Origin: an uncultured Clostridia bacterium
GTDB lineage: Bacteria > Bacillota > Clostridia > Oscillospirales > UBA644
Direction: 5' to 3'
Length of the DNA: 64,000 nt
Assembly: GCA_947305805.1 (NCBI GenBank)
Contig: CAMZEM010000001.1
Coordinates: 1,172-65,171, forward strand
The notes under the pieces are model-generated. The model did no database searches. It saw nothing but the letters and a program-made list of their open reading frames with translations, and had not been told where the DNA came from. This document shows positions 28,761-35,779 of this stretch, piece after piece (positions within the stretch are counted from its first letter, which is position 1; every line of letters starts with the position of its first letter). Position numbers and translations under genes: made by a program.

Positions 28761-28789
28761 ATTATATCACATTTTATGCTTTTTTACAA
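28761..28789 (-). promoter_or_regulatory. sigma-A type promoter for asnA (TTGTAA-17-TATAAT on the minus strand)
   Basis: Reverse complement of 28784-28789 is TTGTAA and of 28761-28766 is TATAAT, with a 17-nt spacer. The leader is about 58 nt. Confidence 0.55.
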
Positions 28790-28910
28790 GTGGCAAATAA
28801 GCAAATTTAAGGCTTTTTGTCAAAAAACCTTAAAATATCCCCGATTATCATCGCGCGAAGCGCGGATAGGTCGCCTGTAAACCGTGCCTCTTCTCATAAT
28901 ATTATCTTTT

Positions 28911-28951
28911 ATTGAAAAGAAGAAACCCTGCGGCGGTTGCCGCAGGGTTTC
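28911..28951 (-). terminator. strong rho-independent terminator of the 1375-aa protein gene
   Basis: Perfect 13-bp stem GAAACCCTGCGGC (28922-28934), loop GGTT, GCCGCAGGGTTTC (28939-28951). On the minus strand it is followed by TTCTTTTC. Confidence 0.85.
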
Positions 28952-28996
28952 TCTTTATGCTGAAAGTAATTTCTATTTGATTAGGAAGAAAACTTA

Positions 28997-31900
28997 TCAG
29001 TCATCAAATGTTTCAGGTACATCAACAGTGAGGCCTGCTTTAGCGAGGTTAAGAGCAATGATAGAGCTGAGGAGTTTAGCGTCGTCAGCGGGTTTATCAA
29101 TGTCAGCCTTCAGAGTGTCGATAGCAGCCTTGTATGCAGCAGCGGTATCAGCGGTGCAGCCTTCAACAGCTTTTGCATATCCGTTGTTAGCTTCTGCGTA
29201 GATAGCCTTTGCCTGTTCGAGAACTACAGATGCGGTTTCTACAGGAACTTCAATGTAAACTATCTCGGGTTCAACGGGTGTTTCTTCTACCGGAGCGAGT
29301 TTGAGGTCTGCAAATCTGTCAGCAACAGACTTGTAAGCAGCCTTCATCTGAGATTCGGTAGCGGTGTCAGCTTCAGCCATAGCGTATGCAGCTTCAACAG
29401 CGTTAGCAAACTTTCTGTAGGAAGCTTCGGTATAGAGATCAACAACTACCTGGAGTTCGAGAACCTTGGTGTCTTTCTTGAGGTCTTTACCGGTGTACAT
29501 AGACTTAGCGAGAGCGGTCATTGCGTTGTCGATGTTCTTGATTATAGCGTCAAGATCGGTGGAGTTGAGAACTGTGATTGTCCACTGGAGAGCTTTCTTA
29601 GCTTCGGAGATAGCTACTGTGAGGTTATCTTTAGCAGCTTTGTCTTCGGTTACGTTTGCACGTGCGTAGAGAGCTTCAGCGTCTGCAATCTTAGCAGCGA
29701 GGGTGTCTTTGTTGGAAGCACCTTCAACAGCTTCGATCTTAGCGAGGTTAGCCATAGCAGCTTTGAGAGCAGCAACAGCGTCGTCAACATCAGCCTTGGA
29801 TGCTCTGTCATCGAGAGCTACATACTGAGCGTTTGCGTATGCGGTTACAAATGCATCCCAGATGGTCTTAGCTTCATCTGTGTTTGTCTTGTATTCGTAT
29901 ACGTTCTTGGTGTCAGCTTCTCTGAGGAGAGCTTCGAGTTCAGCTTTGTATGCTCTGAGTGTAGATACAGAGTAATCGCCTCTGGTTGCCCAAGCATTGG
30001 AGAGTTCTTCAAGAACTTTCTCTGCATACCAAACGGGCATGTCTTTGAGGTCGTTGTCTTCTACGGTGTAGCCTTCTTCTTCGCTACCAGCAATGCAGCC
30101 GAGTACGAGAGCGCCGATTCTTCTGAGTTCCTGATATTTATCAGCGAAGTCACGGGTGTAACCGGATACGTTGTTGTTACCTACGAGAGCGTTCATCGGA
30201 TCGAGGAAGTTCTTCTTGAGCGGAGTAACTGCGCCGTCACCGAGCTGACCGTAGTAGAGGTTGTACATTGCAATGCCTTCGTGAGCATCTTCAACTGCAT
30301 GTTCAAACTTCATCTGGAAGTACTGGTAGCAGTTCTTAGCGTCAGCGAATTTAGCAATAAGGATTGTGTTAGCGCCTGCAGCGAGTTTCTGATAAAGCAT
30401 ATCGTAGTTGTAGGAATCTGCTTCGCCGAAATAGTGGTCTATAATGTAGTAGCAGTCTTCTACGAATGAGTCGAATTTAGCTGCGCCTGCTTCTGTAAAG
30501 ATGTAATTCTTAAGAATCTTTACGAAGTCTTCGTATGCATAGATGAGTGAAGCTTTGGTAGCCGGAGTTTCATCTTTGTTCTCAGCAAGGAGTTTTGCAA
30601 GTCTTGTTCCGCGAGATTTAGCGTGTGCAAAGAAATCCTTCGGATAGTTGTCAGGATTGGTTATGCAGGGCAGAATTTCGGAGATGGCGGACTTGCCTGC
30701 CATTGTTTCGAGAACGGTAAGAATCTTGTCGTCTTTTTCACTTGTGGTGATATCCCAGTCAAGCAGCATTGCTACGTTTTCAAAAATCCAACCGTAGAGC
30801 TGTACGAGTTTGGTGATGTCAGCAGTGAGAAGTTTAAGAGCAGCGCGGATTCTTCCGATATAGCCGGATGCAGATGCACCGCCTACAGCGTCGCCGGTTT
30901 CGATGGGTGTTCCGTTGGGAATTGTCCAGTCGAAGCCCATGCCGATGGAAGAATAATCAAAGTTATCTCTTACTTCAAGTGCAACTTCGAAGAGAGTTTC
31001 GAGGAAGTTGTAAACACTGTCAAGAGCAACGTCCTGGTTGAGGTAGAGACCGTCTTCGGTTTCATACTTCATAATGTCAGCTGTGAAGTTGTCGTTGGTA
31101 GCTTCAGCGTTGTTGCCGCGAGCGTAGCCAACTACTGCTTCGTAGATGGAAGAAACGCCTGCGCGATCTTCGTATACGAGATCTTCGTTTTCGCCAAGAC
31201 CGTCAGAATTGTTGATTCTGTGCTTGAGGAAGGAGAGGATCGTCTTAGTGGGTTTGGTGGGTTCCTTGTCGCGAGACTCTACGTTATCGAAGAGGTAGAA
31301 GGAGTAGGTGATGGAAGCGAGGATGTTGTCAAGAGGACCATCCGGGCCAACGCCGTCTTCATAAATGTCTACCATTACGATTTCGCCGTCAACGAGCTTG
31401 AGGATAGGACCAACATAACCTGCGAGGAACGCATATTTGTTGATCTCTTCAATTACAGACTTCGGATCAGCGGGGATAGAGGTCTGAATGTCGGGAAGAG
31501 TTTCAGCTGTAAGCTGTTTGTTGAAGTTGTCAAGAGCAGCTTTGAGGAGAGCGGAGAATTTCCAGTAGGAGAACCAGTTGGGTTCAAATTCAACCGTTAC
31601 TCTGTCGTTCTTAACATCAATGTCAATGCCAGTGCTGTCTTTGATGGAACGTGTGCCTTCGGGAACGATTACGAGAACAGATTCGCCTGCAGCTGCGGGC
31701 ATCATTGTCTTGAGATCTTCTTTAGCGTTGTAAAGTCTTGTCCAAACAATCTTATAAGGATCGTCGTCCTTCTTAGAGGACCAATCCCAGTTCTTAAGAA
31801 GAGCTTCTGCTTTTCTTACGAGCTCTGTGCCTTCAGCAACGTTAGCAGCGGAGAGAGTCTGTTCGGGTCTCGGATCTACTTTCTTGATACCGTCAACGAT

Positions 31901-33124
31901 CTTGTCGATAAGAGCGTTGAAGTCGGTAAGAGCGAGAACCATAAGTCTTGCATTGCTGTCTTTTTCTCTGATGAAGTCGATAACGCGTTTAGCGTAAAGA
32001 ACGTCGTTGAGAAGCTGAGCAGCGGATGCGGTGTAGATGTTGTTGTAAACGTCTTTGATGTATTTATCATAGATGTCTACTACGATTTCGAGTTTAAGGA
32101 ATGCTTTGTACTGAGCAGAGAAATCAGCGGAATCGCCGAAGTACATATCGATCTTGCCGATAAGTTTTTCAACGAGAGCCTGGATTATAGCTCTGAATTC
32201 AGCATATTCGCCATCGCGGAAATCCCAGTAAAGAACGCCTTCGCCATTGGTGGAGGCTTTCTTCATAGCGAGCTCTCTGAGAGCGATTTCAAATGCGAAT
32301 ACTTCGTCGGGAGCAATCTGTCTTGCTTCTGCGAATGTGTACCATCTTACGGGGTACTGAGCGAGAGCGTTGCCGCCCCAGAAGTTGTTTTCATCATACC
32401 AGTAGTTATCATCGCTGATGATGTAAACATACGGGTTGAAGCCGATGGACTGGTTGTAGAATCTGCCGTCATTGACAAATCCCATATAACCTGTGCCTCT
32501 GTAAAGTTCATCATAAGCAGCAGGTTTAGCACCGGAAGTAACTTCGCCTTTGAGGGCGTTGAAGATGTAGTTGATCATGCTTGTAGCAGATTTAACTACA
32601 GCGTTTCTGCCTTCGTTGAAGCTGGGATCTACGATTTCGTTGTTAGCGTCCTGACCGAAATACCAAGCGGATGCAGCGTATTCAACGATGTTGCTTACGT
32701 TTGCGCTTGCAAGTTCGAGCCAAGTCTGGCCATCAGCGAGTTCTTTAACCCATTCTACTTTTCCTGCAACGGTAACGCCGCTGTTGGATTCAACAAAATG
32801 CTGACCTACAGTGTCGCCTGCGCCGAGGAAGATGTAAGCGTTAGGACCATCAGGGCCCCAATAGTTGGCGCGGTCGATGTATTCCTGATAATTGCCTTTG
32901 TCATTGTTCCAGGTAAGGATACCGGTCTGTTCGAGAAGAGTATATGTTCTGTCTTCAAGATCAGGACCGTAAACAACAAGTTTCTGGATCAATGCCTTAA
33001 GCGTTGCTCTGTCTGCTTCGTAATCGGTAGCTGCTGCTGCACCCAGAGAGCCGACGATTGCGGTAACAGACATAGAAACTATCATCGCCATAACAAGGAT
33101 GGCAGAGATAATTTTTTTGCTCAT
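28997..33124 (-). CDS. 1375-aa secreted, acidic, largely alpha-helical protein of unknown function with FIVAR-like C-terminal repeats (candidate abundant surface protein)
   Basis: Signal peptide MSKKIISAILVMAMIVSMSVTAIVGSLGAAAA. GAAGGAGG SD, its own promoter and terminator. No TTA, CTA or TCA codon for 861 consecutive codons. I found no LPXTG, SLH, dockerin or choline-binding motif. Confidence 0.85.
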   Translation of the reverse strand: MSKKIISAILVMAMIVSMSVTAIVGSLGAAAATDYEADRATLKALIQKLVVYGPDLEDRTYTLLEQTGILTWNNDKGNYQEYIDRANYWGPDGPNAYIFLGAGDTVGQHFVESNSGVTVAGKVEWVKELADGQTWLELASANVSNIVEYAASAWYFGQDANNEIVDPSFNEGRNAVVKSATSMINYIFNALKGEVTSGAKPAAYDELYRGTGYMGFVNDGRFYNQSIGFNPYVYIISDDNYWYDENNFWGGNALAQYPVRWYTFAEARQIAPDEVFAFEIALRELAMKKASTNGEGVLYWDFRDGEYAEFRAIIQALVEKLIGKIDMYFGDSADFSAQYKAFLKLEIVVDIYDKYIKDVYNNIYTASAAQLLNDVLYAKRVIDFIREKDSNARLMVLALTDFNALIDKIVDGIKKVDPRPEQTLSAANVAEGTELVRKAEALLKNWDWSSKKDDDPYKIVWTRLYNAKEDLKTMMPAAAGESVLVIVPEGTRSIKDSTGIDIDVKNDRVTVEFEPNWFSYWKFSALLKAALDNFNKQLTAETLPDIQTSIPADPKSVIEEINKYAFLAGYVGPILKLVDGEIVMVDIYEDGVGPDGPLDNILASITYSFYLFDNVESRDKEPTKPTKTILSFLKHRINNSDGLGENEDLVYEDRAGVSSIYEAVVGYARGNNAEATNDNFTADIMKYETEDGLYLNQDVALDSVYNFLETLFEVALEVRDNFDYSSIGMGFDWTIPNGTPIETGDAVGGASASGYIGRIRAALKLLTADITKLVQLYGWIFENVAMLLDWDITTSEKDDKILTVLETMAGKSAISEILPCITNPDNYPKDFFAHAKSRGTRLAKLLAENKDETPATKASLIYAYEDFVKILKNYIFTEAGAAKFDSFVEDCYYIIDHYFGEADSYNYDMLYQKLAAGANTILIAKFADAKNCYQYFQMKFEHAVEDAHEGIAMYNLYYGQLGDGAVTPLKKNFLDPMNALVGNNNVSGYTRDFADKYQELRRIGALVLGCIAGSEEEGYTVEDNDLKDMPVWYAEKVLEELSNAWATRGDYSVSTLRAYKAELEALLREADTKNVYEYKTNTDEAKTIWDAFVTAYANAQYVALDDRASKADVDDAVAALKAAMANLAKIEAVEGASNKDTLAAKIADAEALYARANVTEDKAAKDNLTVAISEAKKALQWTITVLNSTDLDAIIKNIDNAMTALAKSMYTGKDLKKDTKVLELQVVVDLYTEASYRKFANAVEAAYAMAEADTATESQMKAAYKSVADRFADLKLAPVEETPVEPEIVYIEVPVETASVVLEQAKAIYAEANNGYAKAVEGCTADTAAAYKAAIDTLKADIDKPADDAKLLSSIIALNLAKAGLTVDVPETFDD

Positions 33125-33259
33125 GGATTGTTTTCCTCCTTCAAATTTTGTCTCTTTCCGAGACTATTGAAAATTAACTTTCGGCTTTTTGGCTCGATTC
33201 AGGGGTAAAACCCTCTTTAGAGGATAGTATCCCCGTCTCTCGTCTTTTGCCTTGGGCAT

Positions 33260-33288
33260 ATTATATTACATTTTCCCGAAAAAATCAA
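33260..33288 (-). promoter_or_regulatory. sigma-A type promoter of the 1375-aa protein gene (TTGATT-17-TATAAT on the minus strand)
   Basis: Reverse complement of 33283-33288 is TTGATT and of 33260-33265 is TATAAT, with a 17-nt spacer. It predicts a 5' UTR of about 130 nt containing hairpins at 33202-33234 and 33150-33164. Confidence 0.6.
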
Positions 33289-33446
33289 CCCCTTTTTGTA
33301 ATTTTTTTCAATAATCGCTGTAATTTGTATGTTTGCACAATTTTTTTGATGTTAAGTTTTTAATTAATGGTTAAAATATACATAAAATCGGCTGTTTTCG
33401 GGCGGGAATCGGAGTAAAACAAGCACAAAACCCTTCATTTTTTCGT

Positions 33447-33460
33447 TGTAATATATTACA
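33447..33460. promoter_or_regulatory. perfect 14-bp palindrome TGTAATATATTACA (candidate operator)
   Basis: Self-complementary 14-mer about 160 bp upstream of the -35 of the 1375-aa protein gene. Related ATATTACA words occur at 33263 and 33491. Confidence 0.25.
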
Positions 33461-33605
33461 ATTTTCGAATTACGGCCTGTTTACCCCGAAATATTACAAA
33501 TCCGATAAAATCAATGCTTTTAAAGGTGTTTTGAAATTATTTCAGCCGAAATGAAAATTGTAATAATATATCTTGTGCTGAAATCATTTTCGACCACAAT
33601 ATATA

Positions 33606-33766
33606 GATGAATTGCGTGCAAGCACGCGTGAATTGGCACTCCGTGCCGTGAATTCCCGCATTTTCCTCCGTAAAACGCTCCGAGAGTTGCATTGCTGCCC
33701 CAATTCATTACAATTCCTCTTATTATGAGCCGTCAGGCTCAATTCATGCCGTCAGGCAATTCATTA
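33606..33766. repeat. ATGAATTG-punctuated mini-hairpin array, copy 2 (dyad-symmetric)
   Basis: The left half has GATGAATTG (33606), CGTGAATTG (33627) and CGTGAATTC (33647), separated by hairpins GCGTGC-AA-GCACGC and GCAC-TCC-GTGC. The right half has the inverted word CAATTCAT at 33700, 33740 and 33757 (plus a degenerate CAATTCCT at 33710), separated by hairpins GAGCC-GTCA-GGCTC and TGCC-GTCA-GGCA. Confidence 0.8.
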
Positions 33767-33800
33767 CAAAAAACCGCCCCGGTTTCCCGAAGCGGTTTTT
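33767..33800 (-). terminator. strand-specific terminator at the end of the eight-gene operon
   Basis: On the minus-strand RNA, ACCGCTTCGG, loop GAAA, CCGGGGCGGT (two G-U pairs), followed by TTTTTTGT. On the plus strand the same positions are C-A mismatches. Confidence 0.7.
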
Positions 33801-33816
33801 ACTTTGTTTTTTGTAA

Positions 33817-34812
33817 TTATTCTACAAGACCGGATCTTTCGATACCCTGAATGAAGTACCTCTGCGCAAAGAGGAATACTATCAGAAGCGGGAATATCAT
33901 TAATATTGAAGCCGTATCGTAGAGAGTCTGCTGCTGGATAAGCTCCGAAACGCCTTTCGTAACGTTTGTAACGGTGTTTGAAAGGATTACCATGTTCGGC
34001 ACGAGCATGCTGTTGTAAGTGGTATCCGTCCACTGCCATGTGAAGGAGAAGAGGAATACCGTTATCATCATGTTGCCCGCGTTGGGGAGCATTACCGAGA
34101 AGAACGTGCGGAACGGGCCTGCGCCGTCGATATAAGCCGCCTCGTCAAGCGCCTTCGGAAGTCCTCTGAAGAACTGACGCATGAGGTAGATATAAAGACC
34201 GTTTTTAAGACCGAGTCCCGTAGCGGACATTACTGCCATGGGCCATACGGAGTCGATAATCGAAATATTTCCGATGAAATATCTGAAACGAACGTAAAGC
34301 GGAAGCATGATTGTCTGCGGAGGAATGATAAGCGTTAAGATTATAAGAAGGAAGAGTATGTTTTTACCCTTGAAGTTGAATCTTGCAAAACCGTAACCGG
34401 CAAAGCAGCTTACGAGCATCTGCAGCACAGCCGTAATAAGCGAGAGCAGAGCCGAGTTTACAAGCGCCTCCCAATACTGGATATTCTGGATTGCGCGCTG
34501 CCAGAAGTAGGTTGAGCCTTCACGGGGGATAAACATAACCGTTTTATCTTCGAGGTCCGCCGTGGACATGCCCGAAACGATTACTTTAACAACGAACGGG
34601 TAGAGGATCATAAACGAGATACCTACGATGATTATAAATCTCGCGATAGCCCAGAGGAATTTTCCTACGCCCTTTGCGTTGATGTTTTTTCTTCTCCATC
34701 TTTCCCAGCTGAAATCAGCATATTTGGAAGGATTGATTTTTGCGAGTAAATTTTCGATGAAGTTTCTCTTCTCGTGTTCTTTACCCTCGACAACGTAGTT
34801 AATCTGTCTCAT
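33817..34812 (-). CDS. carbohydrate ABC transporter permease (MalG-like), second pair
   Basis: 331 aa. EAA loop LDEAAYIDGAGPFRTFFSVMLP, six TMs, about 55-aa cytoplasmic N-terminal extension. AAGGAGGG SD. Confidence 0.85.
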   Translation of the reverse strand: MRQINYVVEGKEHEKRNFIENLLAKINPSKYADFSWERWRRKNINAKGVGKFLWAIARFIIIVGISFMILYPFVVKVIVSGMSTADLEDKTVMFIPREGSTYFWQRAIQNIQYWEALVNSALLSLITAVLQMLVSCFAGYGFARFNFKGKNILFLLIILTLIIPPQTIMLPLYVRFRYFIGNISIIDSVWPMAVMSATGLGLKNGLYIYLMRQFFRGLPKALDEAAYIDGAGPFRTFFSVMLPNAGNMMITVFLFSFTWQWTDTTYNSMLVPNMVILSNTVTNVTKGVSELIQQQTLYDTASILMIFPLLIVFLFAQRYFIQGIERSGLVE

Positions 34813-34824
34813 TTCCGTCCCTCC

Positions 34825-35778
34825 TTAATCCTGATAAATTATGAGTTTGCGGACGAGAAGAACAACGATTCCGACAAATACGAGCACTACCAGCATGTAA
34901 ATCCACGAGAATGCGGATGCCAGAGCGTATTCGCTCGCGTTCGACAGCTCTTTGTTAATCATTGCTACCGCCGGGTTTTCCGCTTTCAGGAACATATCTA
35001 TAACCGTATAGATAAGGTTAACGAGAATAAGCGGGCTGATCATGGGGAAGGAGATCTTCCAGAAAGTTTCCCATGCCGTTGCGCCTTCAACAGTTGCAGC
35101 TTCATACATTGAAGTTGAAATAGACTGCAAACCGGAGAGGAATACGAGCATCTGAACACCGGAAGAGGTGATAACGCTGTAAAGTCCGTCTACCGCGCCG
35201 AGAACAACGTTTGCAAAGTCGTTATTCTGCAATACGACAACTACGAGCTGTCTCAGCTGATGATAGTTGAATACGTTCGCCATACCCGACGCGCTGCCTA
35301 TATCCATCTTTTCCGAAGAGCTGTATACGTCAAGCATCGAGCTCATATTCTCAAACTGGGCGATAATACCGGTTGAGATAACAACGGGGATGAAGAATAT
35401 AACACGCGCGATCGTTCTGCCTTTGAAGTTCTGGTTAAGAACGTTGGCCATGAAGAACGCAAATATAAGGATAATAGGAATCTGAACGAGAATTCCGAGT
35501 GTTGACTCAACAACCGTACGCAGGAAGTCCGCCTCAACGAAGAGCGCTTCGTAGTAGTTGTCAAGTCCTACGAAAATCGTGTGGAAGCCCGACGCATCAA
35601 CCTTGATTTCACTTACCGAGTAAATGAACGACTGGATGATAACGGGGATGTATATGAACGCAAGACCTATAATTACGGGAAGAACGAAGATGTAGCCGTA
35701 AAGATTGTGTTTACGTTCAAGCGAGAGTTTGCCTCGTTTGATTTGCTTCGGTTTTTTTGCCGCTGCTTCTGCGCTCAT
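34825..35778 (-). CDS. sugar ABC transporter permease (MalF-like), second pair
   Basis: 317 aa. EAA loop MYEAATVEGATAWETFWKISFP. GGAGGTG SD. Starts 1 nt after the stop of the upstream lipoprotein gene. Confidence 0.85.
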   Translation of the reverse strand: MSAEAAAKKPKQIKRGKLSLERKHNLYGYIFVLPVIIGLAFIYIPVIIQSFIYSVSEIKVDASGFHTIFVGLDNYYEALFVEADFLRTVVESTLGILVQIPIILIFAFFMANVLNQNFKGRTIARVIFFIPVVISTGIIAQFENMSSMLDVYSSSEKMDIGSASGMANVFNYHQLRQLVVVVLQNNDFANVVLGAVDGLYSVITSSGVQMLVFLSGLQSISTSMYEAATVEGATAWETFWKISFPMISPLILVNLIYTVIDMFLKAENPAVAMINKELSNASEYALASAFSWIYMLVVLVFVGIVVLLVRKLIIYQD

Positions 35779-35779
35779 T

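Noticed and set aside
30623-33208. 861-aa plus-strand ORF, the second-longest ORF in the track for this region
   Set aside because: - It is exactly codon-aligned antisense to the well-supported 1375-aa gene, which has a signal peptide, SD, promoter and terminator.
- It has no SD.
- Its product is V/F/C-rich and unprotein-like.
- It stays open only because the sense gene avoids TTA, CTA and TCA.
- I kept it as evidence of codon bias, not as a gene.
33520-33708. 62-aa minus-strand ORF
   Set aside because: It overlaps the hairpin-array repeat, and its ATG is simply part of a CAATTCAT repeat word. It has no SD.
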